A DNA stretch of 64,000 nt from Utricularia gibba (Eukaryota > Plantae > Magnoliophyta). Positions 36,456-49,604 of the stretch are shown here, one piece after another; within the stretch, counting starts at the first letter, position 1; every line of letters starts with the position of its first letter. The stretch covers positions 2,976,001-3,040,000 of the forward strand of contig NEEC01000002.1 of NCBI GenBank assembly GCA_002189035.1, written 5' to 3'. The notes beneath the pieces are model-generated. The model was not told where the DNA came from, made no database searches, and worked only from the letters and a program-made list of their open reading frames with translations. A program made the translations under genes and the position numbers.

Positions 36456-38933
36456 CTGACCAGCATGCTATGGGTTTATTTTTATATCTTTGGCAGGTTT
36501 GTGTGGAAGTTCTATCCCTGGAAAAGTGAACTCAAATGCCCCTGCCCCTGCAACCTCCAAGCACAACAGCAAGGGATGTTGCTGCCCGGAAATGATCAAG
36601 GATTTGAGTGAAAAAATGTCTGATTTAATTCGTGAGGTGCAAGAGCTGAAATAGGGAGTGATTGACTCTTCCCTGAATAAGTAACTGGTGCTGAGCTTAT
36701 TTTATGAAGTTTAATTTTAATTTTATTTTTGTTTTTAGTTTTAATTTTCCTGAAGATCCTGTTCGTGTATGCGTCTATTAATCTATGCTAGGAATAGTCG
36801 AATGTCAGTTGTTTGTTTGTTTAACATCAGTAAATAGCTTCGAATTGCCACATGATTGAACATTGCAACTATGAGATGATTTGAATGTATGAGCTTTCTA
36901 TGCCTTTTATATTCCTAGGAGCATGCTATACCTTCAATTTTATGAGAGCATGTACATGATTAGAGGAACCTAGGAAGTGTGATCTAGATTAGTTTCACTT
37001 GAGTTCATAGACTTCATAATCGTTTTGGGGATTGGTTGCAAGCTTAAAAAAAAAAGGAAAAGCAGTACCGAAAAAATATTGAGAGCAAAGTCCTGAAAAG
37101 CAGTACATAATAAAAAAGCATGTGCTGACTCAACAAGTAGTGAATGGGTAAGAAGGGATGGATTGATCCGGAGGAGTAGGAGGAGGCCTGGAGTTATAGG
37201 GTATGAGTGCTTGGCGACCACTCTTTGAAAGAAAATGTAATAACATTATACCTGGATCAGTCTAGAACAAGCTACCCTTCACTTCCAAAAAGAAAAAAAA
37301 AAGAAAGGAAAAAAAAGAGGGTTGGCAACCATACTCCTAAACGATTTTGGATGAATCAACTTGAGGAAACAATCTCCGAAAACACTCCCTCAAGAGGAAT
37401 CTATTCATGCACATTTCAGTGATAACATGATATGCACACCATCACTCCTACAGCTCATACATCTAAATTTTATCAAAGTTGTTTATGTTCACCATTGGCG
37501 TTGACGAAATTAGTTTTCTGTTAGTCTTAAGTAGGACTTGGGGACAAGTTTCGTGTCGTTGTAGAATAGTATGATGACACACATTTTCTCTGAATTTTAT
37601 AATACAAAATAATTATATTTCATTGTGGTTTAGGTTAGATAAATCTGGTTTATGTTAAAAAGTGGACTAAATCCTTTGATTTAATCCACTACCTTTGTTA
37701 CTAATGTTTGACTAAGTTCAGTAGGGAGATTAGCCGAAAAATCATACTTACAAACGTGTGGAACAAGTGAAAAAGGGCGCAGTATCCAAAGAGAGACAAA
37801 GAGCACTGTTCTGCCGCTACCTGCAATCTGTAAGTTCAGGCTAGGAACAGTGCTAGGGGTCAAGAACAGTGCAATGGAGTGAAGGAGGAGAGATATTTTT
37901 TTTTCAAAAAGAGGAGAGAGCGGGAACCGACAAAAGAAACACAGAACGCACGCAAGGGGGCTTCTCCCCCAACGCAAAAAATACCAACCAGAAGAGGGGA
38001 AGGAGGCCCTCATCGTCAAGAACACCATTAGAGCGCAGTCCAGCACTACTATTCCGGGCCATGAACAGTAGCAACCGGGCGACAGAACAATCTTTATTTC
38101 CTTTCCGTTTTCTGAGCATTTCGAGTTTTTGTATCTGACTTGGTTACAATGTTCATGTTATTTTTTCCACATTATCTGAATGAACTCGTGTTTTATTTTT
38201 CAAATATGAGTAGCTAAAGCCTTAGAGATGCCTTAATGTGAAGTATGGTGGTGTGGATCTTGGGTTAATGATATAATTTATATTTGTTTCTTAGTTATTG
38301 TTTCTATCCTTCCATGGGTAAACCTAAGGAGGGTAACAAGTAACTTCGCAACTTGATGCTTAATTTAGAGGTAAACCAACAAATTAAGGTGAGAGCAGTA
38401 GGTGTTAGTCTGAGGTAGAACCTGTAGAACCGAGTAGATCTAGTTTTATATGCTTTGCATGCGGGTAGACCTAATTGCAATGTTGGTGATGACATTAGGG
38501 ACTAACTTAGGCGAAAATATGGTGAATGATCTGAGTAGACTTAAGTTATTTAAAGTTGTGAGTGTAGGAGCATGGTAAATTAAATTAGGCACCTTAGTAT
38601 AATACCACCAACAAATTCTTAAGGGATCTTCATATTATTTTGAGTTAGAACCACTACCTGTTACCTTTAGCGTTAAAACCTTATATTGTTTACTAATCTT
38701 GTTTACCGAACTTGTTTACCAATGTTAGTCCGACCTTAGACTAAGACTTACTGTTATCCCAAATTATGCATTTACTAAAACACTTAGCAAGCACAAGCTC
38801 TTCGTGATCGACCCCGACATCTACTATACAAATTTTCTAAATTTGTATTTTGTGTAGATTAGGACTATAAATTTATTTAATGCGGAAGTTTACTTTTATT
38901 GCAACGATATGCTAAAATTTCCATTTATCAAAT

Positions 38934-38951
38934 TGGCGCCGTTGAAGAGGA
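38934..38951 (+). other. Athila-type PBS (tRNA-Asp complement), degenerate
   Basis: TGGCGCCGTTGAAGAGGA versus canonical TGGCGCCGTTGCCGGGGA (15/18), 3 nt after the LTR end. Confidence 0.85.
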
Positions 38952-39482
38952 GTGGTGTTTAATTGTTTTATATTTATAGTTGATGCATTTTCGTTCTTAT
39001 GGTGCAGGTAATCTCACTTTCTTCCTAGAAATTGAGAGAGCTATCAGCAAGAACAGGGTAAGAGTTAGGGAAGCGAGCAGATAGAGGTAGCTTCCACCCG
39101 AGACCAACAACGATTTAAGAATGGCTGAACCTGAGAAGACCTTGAATGAATTAGATGCTGTTGATCATACCAACAGAGGTTTGTGCATCAGATTTCAAGA
39201 GGATGGAGCAAACGAGCTGAAACCGGCGATAAATTTTTTGCCAAAGTTCTATGGAAAAATTGGAGAGAACCCCATGAGCATCTAGATAGCGTGTCAGCAG
39301 TATGCACTTCATTCAAGGGAGTTGGAATGACTGAAAATTCCATTTGTTTAAAAGCCTTGCAGTTTACTTTGGAAGGAGGAGCCAAAACTTGGTTCAACTC
39401 ACTAAGGCCTGGAAGCATAACTGATTGGGCTGGAATGAAGAAGGTGTTTTTGGGCAAATATTTTCCAGCTTCCAAGGATGAA

Positions 39483-40461
39483 TGTTGCGTGTCGTTTCCT
39501 CAACAAATTTTAAATATTTAAAACGTAAAACACAAAAAGCGTAGTACAAGTATCGATCACATGGAGTTGTTTTTTGTAAAAAGTGTTTGTAAGAAACTTT
39601 CACAAAATGTCACGATTTTACAAAAGGGGGTTTTTGAGATGTAGAAATAAAGTTGCAACCTAAGTGATGGGCTTTGACTACAGTGCGCAGTTCTTGGGAA
39701 TGAGATTCCGTCTCCTTCCTCTATGCGTCCTTGCCTCGGTTTTTACTGATTTCTTCCGAAGAACTGGTTATATGAGCAAGGAATAACCTACTCTCCCTTA
39801 CACTCTGATTGACAAGGAGGGACGAGAATAGACTCATGTGATTTCCCCTTGGACGATTAGGAAAACACGAGAATTGTCTTCAATTGCCTTCAAAATCAAA
39901 TTGTGTGCATGTGCCCAGCTCTTGACAATGGCCAGTGGTAGGTATGAGGTCACAACCTATCCACTGTCGCGATACCAAGGTCACAAACAATCCGCTACTT
40001 CCCTCGAACCGGTAGGGTTGGAGTTTGTGCTCTTCACCTTGATCTTTACCAAAATCCGCGAGAAGTGGCCTGCTACTCATGGACCTTGACTAAGAGTCGT
40101 TACAGTAAGACTACAACAAGATGTGTGGAAGTATGCGAAATCTGAATTGAATTCAGCGAAGAACCGAGTGTATTGCTCAAGACTTGGAAGGAAACTTCAT
40201 CTTCTCCCAAAAACTAAATGGTTTTAGCCATAAAGTGCCATCAAAACAGAAATGAAATTGGAAACTAAGTGTTCTTCTTCCTTGGAGAGGAAGAAGAACT
40301 CAAAAGTTCTAATCACAAGAGAAATTTTTCAATTTCTATTTAATTTTACATTGGTATCTTTAATTTTTTGCATTATATATGTTTCTTGTTTAGGCATCTA
40401 AATAGAGCCAACACTTTCACGAGGAAAGGAGGACACTATGCGAAAGTGCATAAATCCAACA
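39483..40461. mobile_element. Unclassified LTR-like segment interrupting Athila gag
   Basis: Gag frame breaks abruptly at TGTTGCGTG (39483) and the segment ends ...CCAACA (40461), giving TGTTG/CAACA inverted termini; no TSD seen (ATGAA vs ATATG). Confidence 0.4.
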
Positions 40462-42719
40462 ATATGTATCTCATTATTCTATTTAGATTGCAGAGTGTGT
40501 TTTATAACATGTGGAGCTAGATATTGTATTTTTTTTTATATTTTGACAGTTTTTTTATTTGGTTTTATTTCATAAATCATCTTCATTATTCATCTTGATT
40601 TTTTTTTTTATTTTGACATGTGCAGTTGGTTAGCTTTCTATTGATTTGATGGATATTTGTTATGTTGGAATTTTTTTTGTTTGTTATAATTCTTGTGATT
40701 TGGTTTTTAAGTCTTTTTTTTTCTTTTTTCGTACTGTAGTCATAACTAGAAAATAACCAATAAAGGATGAGAAAAAATGCAGAGAATGGATTATTCAAAA
40801 ACCTAACGAGATCATTGTTATTGGAATTCACTTGAAGAAAAACACTTAATTAATGCTTTAAAAAAATAGTAGCCAAATGATGGAAATAAAAAAATGTATA
40901 GAAACCAATATACTTGAATGCTATTGAAGAAACTTTCAAGCAAGTGTACTTTGGAACAATAAAAAGAGTATAATCGCATATAAATTACAAGTTGAGATTT
41001 TCAAAAGAAACTACAATATGTTGGTGGATTTCTTAAGTGAATCGAGTATCGGATTGTACAACATAACAAAGATCATTGATGCTACTCTCTAATTATGGGC
41101 TGAATTGAAGGAGGTGTACTGATTATAATTATGGTTCAACAACATAATGCAATTTTTTCATTCCTTTACAATGAATCCACATAAAAATCAGACCAACCAT
41201 TCGCACTAGTAAAATTTATCTCAATGTGTATGCTGATGCCAAAGCTGCAACTCAAATTTTTTTCATTTACCATCACAACCAAATAATGCTCTGAAGAAGA
41301 TAATACAATCAATATGAAAATTCAGTTGGGAATAATGAATTCCACATTTTTCAGATTGAGAACTAGTAAAACTCAATAAACCCTAATTAAGAAAATTGGA
41401 ACTAATCTGAAAACTCAGACCCATCAACGCGCAAAAATGATTTTCATGGGTAAAAGTAACTACAAAATCAATCGGTCTCGAAAAACTTTGTCAGGCAATT
41501 GATCTAGGATGTGGATTCAATGAATGAATCATACAAGCTAGAAGATTATTATCTAAGAACTGAAATAGAAACTCAAAAATTTGTGAGGACTAACATACCT
41601 CTGAGGTACGTTAATCTTAATTGCTTAGCTTCAGAATACTGCCAAACTACGAACTCTAATTTATTTGGGTTGTTTTGTTGGCTTAAGAAGTCTACTTATG
41701 ATGCCTTAAATTAAGGATACTTAATTTAGAGATGAGATGCCATCTCTAAAATGAAATGGCAGTTGAAAAAGAGAGAGAAAATTCTTTCTACCACCAAGTA
41801 TTGAAGAGAAAATTTCAACATTAGCATTTTGTGTTTATTTTCTGAATGTAAATTCACATGAATACGATATTGTATTTATTTCTTTTTTACATTATATCAG
41901 AAGCAATCCGTGACACTACAACGTTCAGATTTTAACATTAAAATTCTGAAAAAAATTTGATGTAACATTAAGTTCATTTGCCTTTTTTCTAATTAAAGAA
42001 TTCGAAAATCAAGAATATTATGGAAATCATCTCTCATATCATCATTCTTCCGCCTCTTGTTCCTCTCAAAACTTCAATGGCTTCCTCTACAATTGAGAAT
42101 TGATTATTTTGGAAGATAACTTGTTTTATAGAAACAATGGTATGTGTTATGACTGATCATCTCAATTTTTTGCCTAGTTTGCTTGTGATTCCTTAATATC
42201 CATGTTTTTGTCATTGGTTTTTGAGGTTATGCAATTATGTTCAACTAAGTATTTTATTAGCTTTATTGTAAGTTATATTGGTATAGATGCAACAATGGAT
42301 TTTCAGAGATATTGCAATCCTCCTAATTAAATGGATGACCATCTATATTTGATTTTTAATCAAAGTTGTATGACTTCAAATATTGATATGTATATTAGTA
42401 TAACTCCATATTTTATGAATTTGATCATTTAACAAAACATTGGTATGTAAATTTTTTTTCCAAATAAATTTTATTATTATTAGTTTTTGAATTACATTTC
42501 AAATATTTTTTTGAATTCATATGATTAAATTGTACTAATGATATATTGTATTTTTAATCTCTAGTTAATATTGGAGAAGCATTAACCAATTGTAATAATC
42601 TATATATTTCACTAATATATCACAATCCTTTATCATCCGAATCAGCTTGTGAGAAATACATATGATAAGATTTAGACCATTTATGTTAGAAATATGCTAA
42701 TGAGTAAGTTAAATATGAA

Positions 42720-44220
42720 ATAATGCAAGAAATTATTTCATCTCCACCTTCTTCAATTGATGATGATGATGATGAACAAATAGAAGATAGGTATTATGAA
42801 AACAATATTGTAATGCAAATTCCCACAATGGTTGAGTTTGATAAGACTTTCAACTTCTTCAATGACACAAGTGGCGATCCATGCAAGAGGTTTTTTTTAA
42901 AGATAAAACTTCAATGAAGTAAGTTTTGAGTTATTACTGTATCACGAAACTGAAAATGTCTTTTCAAGTTAAGAAGAGCAACAACAAGTAATATGAAATA
43001 AATTATATCAATCGGAATGTAATGTCTCCATGTGAATGACATGTTAGAGTATGGAATAACACTATGGCATAATACATGCGGCTTCATATTTGCTTTTCTA
43101 GAAATTTTGGAACTTCTAGAAATGAGAGCACTACTAGAAAATTTATGTATCTTTACATCATGAACATGGTTAAAGTAAATTCAAGGATACATGTTTCTGT
43201 AATTTATCATTTCAAATATCATATTAGCTTGAATAGACTACTGTTAGATGTGTTATTATGCATATGTATGGCACTTGTGAGAAATCTATGGCAAAACTCC
43301 CTTCTTATTTGTTATCTATTAAGAAAACGAATTCATCTAATTCATATTTATTATTTTACAAGCATTGAATTATATTTACTAACATAGTTGTTTTATCATA
43401 GATACTATATTTGAATATGAGAATCTTCATTCTCATAATAGCAAGCTAATGTTATACTATGCATTTTGGGCTTTGGGGTCATGCATCCGTGCTTTTCGGT
43501 ATTGTCGGTCAATTATTTTTTATGGAACATATCTATATGCAAGATATAGATATCAACTTCTAATAGCATACACATTTGATGGCAATTACATTGTAATTCC
43601 ACTTGTATTTTCTATTATTGAGAAAGAATCTTTTGAATCCTATTGTTGGTTTTTTAATCTTTTGGTTACGCATGTCATAAAAAGACGTTACATTTGTCTA
43701 GTTATTAATCATGGTGAAGAATTGTTATATGCAATTAAAGATATAACTGCTTTCAATAAATCTATGGAAGATTAAACAGTGTTTTACGTGGGGCATGATG
43801 ATTAACTCCAAAATCTCATATTGAGGGCACTTTTCATCAATGTGTTAAAGATTTTCACAATTAGTAGAGCAAAGATGGATTTAGTCATTGAAAGTGGTCA
43901 ATTATTTACTCCATATTTGCTTTCTGTTTATAGGAGATATAATCATAAATCAACCAACTATAGGGTTGAAAAATATAATACATAGAAAATGAGTGTCATT
44001 GTGATGTTTTGAAGCAAAAGCTCCAGAAAAAAACAAAAAATATTATATTTTGTTTGTTTAATAAATTTGACATGTATTTATGGAAAGTGACATAAAAAAT
44101 TCTATTTCATATTCATATGCTATTTCTGTAAGAATTATCTTTCGATGTATCATGTTATTTACAATATAACAATAGTTATTAACTTTGTTCATGTCCTAGG
44201 TATACAAGTAATTTAATGAC
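42720..44220 (+). mobile_element. Mutator (MuDRA-like) transposase relic
   Basis: FWALGSCIRAFRYCRSIIFYGTYLYARYRYQLLIAYTFDGN..PLVFSIIEKES..CWFF (MULE domain, 43449-43775); SWIM-finger remnant near 44070-44130. Confidence 0.85.
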
Positions 44221-44903
44221 AATGCAAGTTCTTATATTTCAAAATATTATTAAGTGAAGATCATTGCAAAAGTATATAAAAAGTAATTTAATCTATTAAT
44301 TCCTAAGAGTGAATGGAGTATGTTTCCATTTAATCTTGTTTATAATTCAACAAGAAAAGCGACTATTAGAGGTCATGCTAGATCAAAATCGTTTTCAAGT
44401 AGCTTAAATTATATATATTCAAAAGGAAAATCAACAATTGATTAATTTCAATTTCAAATATTTTTATGAATATGTTTTTGTGATTTTGTGATTTTAATTT
44501 ACATAATATTATTTATGCAAGTATTTTATATGTTATTGTATAATTTGTTGTATGCACTTGTATTGTTTATGCAACTATTCTATAAAGTTATGTTTTAATT
44601 TGTTAATTAATATAAATATTGTAATATATTGTATTTAATTTTTTAATATAAAGTATGTTTGAATGATTTTTTTTCAAAAAAGTGAGTATTTATGTAAATT
44701 TACATTCAAAAAATAAATATAAAATGTTGATATACAAATTTAATTTAAGACTAAAATACAAATTTGATCATGTTTTTAAATTCTATTTAGAATAGAGGGA
44801 GAAGTAATTTACCCCGAAAAGAGAACCGCACAGCTATAGTATAAAACATGCATTTGCAGCTACCTCTAGCCTTTCTCTTCTTCTCTAAGTTTTCCTCGTT
44901 TAC

Positions 44904-45572
44904 ATGAAAGATCTGAATCTAGGACGCGCTGACGCTACCAAAATCAGAGTTTCGTATTCCGATCCGTATGCCACCGACACCTCTTCCGACGAATCCGACA
45001 CTCCCCGGAGCGATTTGAAGCGCAAAGTTCACGAGATTCTGCTCCGGAGACTCCCGCCGAAGGAGGGGGCGGTGATCGGAGTCAAGTTCAAGAGGATACG
45101 GCAGTCGAAGGAGGGTCGCGGTTTCGTGGGCGTGAGGATGAGGAAGTGGGGGAAATATGCTGCGGAGATCAGGGATCCGTTTTGCAACGGGAAACGTGTC
45201 TGGCTGGGAACGTTCGCAACCGCGGAGGAGGCAGCAGAGGCGTACGTCGCGAAGAAACGTGAGATTGAGGAGAAGCTGAGGGGGATACAACGGAGCTCCG
45301 ATGGGGCGAACGAGAAATCCTCCTATTCGGTCCTCAAATCCGAGTCTTGGGAATCGCACGATTCCGGTGAGAAGGAGGGTTCCGATAACATAGACGACTG
45401 CTGCGGTACAAACGAATCAGGCGAATCGAACAACTCTGGCGAATTTGGGGTCCTCCACGGTGTCCGTATTATAGATAAGAATGGATTCCTGGTGGGGGAT
45501 TTCAGCCGTCTCGATGATCTCAGTATCTGCGCCGCCGCTGAATACGAGGCCAGCACGCGCGGCCATGAGTAG
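44904..45572 (+). CDS. CRF: Cytokinin response factor (CRF)-type AP2/ERF transcription factor, CRF10-12-like (222 aa)
   Basis: CRF domain [18 protein letters not shown]...KRKVHEI; AP2 domain [37 protein letters not shown]; C-terminal [16 protein letters not shown]; TATAAAA at 44840-44846; intronless. Confidence 0.95.
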   Translation: MKDLNLGRADATKIRVSYSDPYATDTSSDESDTPRSDLKRKVHEILLRRLPPKEGAVIGVKFKRIRQSKEGRGFVGVRMRKWGKYAAEIRDPFCNGKRVWLGTFATAEEAAEAYVAKKREIEEKLRGIQRSSDGANEKSSYSVLKSESWESHDSGEKEGSDNIDDCCGTNESGESNNSGEFGVLHGVRIIDKNGFLVGDFSRLDDLSICAAAEYEASTRGHE

Positions 45573-45922
45573 CGCGTGTGAAGTCTGAGCTGTCGTTTCC
45601 TCTCCTCCGTACCTGTACCAGGTTTCACCTCTCTGAACAGTTAGCTTTATTTTTTTCTCGTTTGCTGTTCTGGGCTGATTCCTTTCATGTACAATGTCAC
45701 TGTACAAACTTCTGGGTTGATTTCAATGCTAACTTCTCTTCCAAATCTTGAACTTTATCTTACAGCAGCCTGTTCAAACAATCACTATGTTAGTTTACAT
45801 GTTACAGCCATGGCGTACCGCAAACCGCCATGCTTTTAAACGTATCTCCAGTATACATCGATCCATGGCTGCGTATAACCAGAGGATCAGGAAGATGATC
45901 CTTGGCTTACTCTACGACGCGA

Positions 45923-46824
45923 TTAACGTCGTTGGGGTCCTCGTTGATTCAGCGAGGCACGAGCAACCAATCCATAAACATCGCTATATTGTCCTTGATA
46001 TCTTGTTTCGGGGCTTCCATTCACCAATGCGTAGCCACTAATGCCTGTATTCAGAAGTGTGTTATCCCGGATGAGAAAAAGAAGAGAACTTGTATAAGAA
46101 AAGTGTACCTCTTGAACTCCTCTGAGAAGGTGCTAGCTCAGCACGAAGCAGCTCCATTTCTCGAGCCATGGACAGGATTTTACTTTCCATTGCACGGTTT
46201 TGTTCCACGAGATCTTCATTACCCTTTTTCTCATATTCGTGAGTTCTCCTGAGCGAACAACATGCATCTAAACCAAAGCACGAAGATTCAATCTTTTGAG
46301 TCACATGAACTACTAGCAAGTTTGTACCTTGCATCAGTGAGTTCTTTGTGGATCTTGTCAATGTCAGCACTCAGGACAGGTATCTGCTGGTTTTTCGCTT
46401 TCAGTTCGTTGATATCCTTGATCCCTGTTGCAACTTTCGAAGACAACTCCTGCTTTTGCGACGCAAGCTTCAGCATTTCTCCTCTAAGTTGCTTAATCTC
46501 CAGCCGTAGAGATTCGCAAAACTGGAGTTCGGCTTCGAGCTTCATCGCTCTTTCCATCAACTCCCTCGTGTACGCCTCTCTCTCAATATGTCGCTTACCC
46601 ATTACTTGATTTAATCTCAGAATTTCTTCCTTCACAGCATTCAGTTCCCTATCAAGCATCACATTATCATCAATCACACGTCTGTTCTCCGCAAGAAGCC
46701 TTTGAATTTCTCTCTGCTGTAAATCAAGTTCCTCCTCCAACGAAGGTAGTGGAGCAGGTCGATGTAGAGGAACTGTGCGTGGATCTTCGTAGAATCGCCG
46801 CGGTAATCGATATCTCCCAGCCAT
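45923..46824 (-). CDS. FLX-like (FLC EXPRESSOR family) coiled-coil protein, 3 exons, 252 aa
   Basis: Exons 46824-46328, 46248-46109 and 46044-45923 with GT-AG introns give 759 nt in frame. MAGRYRLP..LEEELDLQQREIQRLLAENRR..; EYEKK..VEQNRAMES..SMAREMELLRAEL; GSPETRYQGQYSDVYG..RGPQRR*. Closest subfamily is probably FLX-like 3 (inference). Confidence 0.9.
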
Positions 46825-47759
46825 TCTAGAGACATGCAAAAACCCAATTGAAGATGAAAAATGTAATTCATCACAACTGAGAAACGAATGAACTCAAAAA
46901 TCGACGATGAGGTACAGAAACTGCAAGCACCTCTCACAAAACGCAACAGCAACTCACATAAAACCTTCAATCGCAAGCAAAAGACAAAAGCTCGCACGAA
47001 ACTCAATTTTCGGGGGTAGTACCAGTGAATGTCAGGCCGGTCCCCGAACACCTCCGCCGATTTGGGATAAAGCGTGTACGATTCTTGAAAATTTTGATTT
47101 CTCTGCTCTCAGAAAGTTTCTACAGCAAGAACTGAAGTCGCGGATTGCGGTGCTGCTGCCGAATGGGAGGATTGGGCCTTCCGTGTTGGATTTATTTCGG
47201 CCCACTAACCAATATAATGAGCCATTTCGTTCATAATAAGATGCACAATTGTATAAAAAATTAGAAACGGGATAGATAAATGAATAGATCGATACAGAGT
47301 TCCAATAACTTTCTTCGTTCCTCAGAATGAAGAAAACGCAGAGGTTTCACTCACCGGAAAATGGTATGCGTTTACGGCCATCCCAATGAACGGAATGCTA
47401 ACTTTCCTTGCCGTTGCTCTTCTAAAGTACATATAGTAGTGCACATTGACAATCATTGTATTGAAATTACACATAAAATCTAAGTATATAACAAATATAA
47501 ATCATACTAAAAAATATTAAATACAATCAATTATTATTAATCTGTAATTTTTTTATATTTAATTATTTTATCTTCAAATTCTAATATTAGATTGTTTGTT
47601 CTATTATCACTTCAAGTTGAATTGATCAATTTATCGTCTAAACTCAATACATTTTTTTTAAACCGAAACTCAAATCAATAGAAAACTCATTTTGGGCAAG
47701 TCATATCACAAAACAAATGTTCTGAAACCATGTTAAAATTAAAAATTCAATAGATCTTA

Positions 47760-47763
<4 letters not shown>

Positions 47764-47790
<27 letters not shown>
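47764..47790. repeat. (TA)n microsatellite, ~13 units
   Basis: Direct reading of the sequence. Confidence 0.95.
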
Positions 47791-47791
<1 letters not shown>

Positions 47792-47914
47792 ACTTAAATA
47801 CACAATAAATATGGATCACATTAATAAAATGAAAGTTAATCAATTAATAATAATTTGTAATTTATTGTATACTTAATTATTTTATTATCGAATTATGATC
47901 AAGAATTATTTGTT

Positions 47915-48342
47915 CTAATACATTATATTTGTAATCATCACAAATACCGCACCCACAATGAATGTTCCCTTGACCCTTGCAATAGAATCTATCAGCGTCG
48001 GTACCTGGTGATAACCACTTGTCCTTGCACCGGATACCAGGCATGCTTCGGGCACTAGAAATGATTCCTGTGACAGATCGAAGGGTCAGTTTTGGAGTTG
48101 AGGATGACGGAGAAGAAAACAATTTGATGCATTACCATGAGGCTAGAAAGTATATTATGATCCAGGCGTGGTTGCTACCAGGGGAGAGAGACCGGCCAAA
48201 GCACATGCATCTTGTGATACCCGTGATAAGGGACTGGCTTGAGAGGGCAAACAAGACAGCCCGGACACCATAACCGGTGCCAACATCAAGGTGGTAACAC
48301 ACAGAATGTCCTATTGCTTCATGCATCTGTCTGCAATGTGGC
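47915..48342 (-). pseudogene. DUF1218 / fiber protein Fb34-type membrane protein pseudogene (exons 2-3)
   Basis: Exon 48342-48136: ATLQTDA*SNRTFCV-(+1 nt)-YHLDVGTGYGVRAVLFALSSQSLITGITRCMCFGRSLSPGSNHAWIIIYFLASW|GTAATG. Exon from 48067: (-1 nt) SFLVPEACLVSGA..YH..KGTFIVGAVFV. Matches the recalled consensus DVATGYG..TKCMCFGRPLAPG..WSIIYF..SW.TFLVAEACLIAGA. One stop (48321-48319) and at least two frameshifts. Confidence 0.88.
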
Positions 48343-49604
48343 CTCCAGTGAGAGGCATGAACAAAAAGAATTGATATTGGAGTACATCGAGATGTGCTGT
48401 TCAACAAGTAAAACGGTAGCGAAAAAATATCCAGTGAATTGCAAATGCAAGACACCACATAACCAGCCTAACTCAAAAGTTAACTCTCACTGAGTTAGTT
48501 TTACATTAGAGCACATATATCCTGGTTAAGTGGTTCTCTATCTCTATAGACATCAGTTGTGAAATCAATTTAGTTTTGGGCAGTTGAATTCATTCTACAT
48601 ACATATATCATTACGCTAGCTTCAACATCCCCAATGGAGATCCATAATTTTTATCAAAGGGATTAGATAAATGTTTCAACATCTCAAGCGTTTTTAAGTT
48701 TCTGTAAAGTTAAACGGCCAATTGCTAGTTCTTTTATGTTATTGTTATTCTTACTAGTAAATTACCTTTCATACTATTTTTTTTTTCAAATTGTCCTTCC
48801 TATTTCTTTCGGCCAATTTCTTTTTGAAGAAATACATAATAATCCAAAAATTCATGTTAATATTGTTTTTTTCTTTTCACATCACCAGTCTCCTCAGGAT
48901 GGGAGTGGGACCCCTGGTGGAACCTGGCCCCGCGCATCCGCTGACGACTGGTGTCACAAGCATTACATTCCCGGTGCGTGCACCACCTTTTTATCTTTTT
49001 ATTAAAATTAAAAAAGTGGAAAAGGATATAATAAGAATATATTCTTTTTCGGATTACGCTCCACCTACTTTGCTCATAACTAGCCAAAAAAAAACGGTAT
49101 TTATTTATTGAGTCTTTTCACCAGAAATAAATATTAACATTGCAATTCTCGATCTGATCGCCAAGCACAAATCACATCGCGTTTTTGTACAGCTCCTTAA
49201 ATTAATGTCATAATTATTGGATTTAAAGGAAATTTAAACGATACGGCCAATGGGATGATGCCAGATGGCACCAAACAGGAAGTTCTAAACATCTCCAACA
49301 GTTTAATACTATTTAACAAGAACTCCCTCAAATTTCAGCTATTCACAAAACTGGACCCGACAAAACCTATACGTCGTCGCTCAAAGGGAAAAGACAGGAA
49401 TACCCTAAACAAGGCACGCTCGCCCGGCCCCCACCCAGGCCGTGACGCGCTCCCGCCCGCCTAATGCCACTATAAATTACAGTTATTTTCATGATGACCG
49501 CGATTATCTTACATAATCCCCCTCACAGATCCTCATTAATTACACCGGCGACCCACAATTACTCTCAGTTTATGTACATAAATCTCCTTGCCGGGATTCG
49601 GCGA

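Larger units (their letters stand above)
35450..39482 (+). mobile_element. Athila-type Ty3/gypsy composite: env-like ORF, 3' non-coding region, one LTR, PBS, then gag start
   Basis: ORF 35580-36455, then CTTGGGGACAAG motif near 37537, LTR 37572-38930 (TGATG...TTATCA), PBS 38934-38951, and gag from 39121 (KFYGKIGENPHEHL..LQFTLEGGAKTWFNSLRPGSITDW..FLGKYFPASK), cut at 39482. Confidence 0.85.

Noticed and set aside
12146-38930. The two Athila LTRs as the ends of one giant nested element
   Set aside because: The left LTR has no PBS while the right one does, they are too diverged in the U3 part, an intact host gene lies between them, and there is no TSD.
44919-45707. Antisense ORFs over the CRF gene, and alternative-frame ORFs over 26778-27409
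   Set aside because: These are shadows of GC-rich real genes and have no recognisable motifs.
46000-46020. Suspected frameshift in FLX-like exon 3
   Set aside because: Re-reading shows four G (TTTCGGGGC), so GSPETRY is in frame and the gene is intact.
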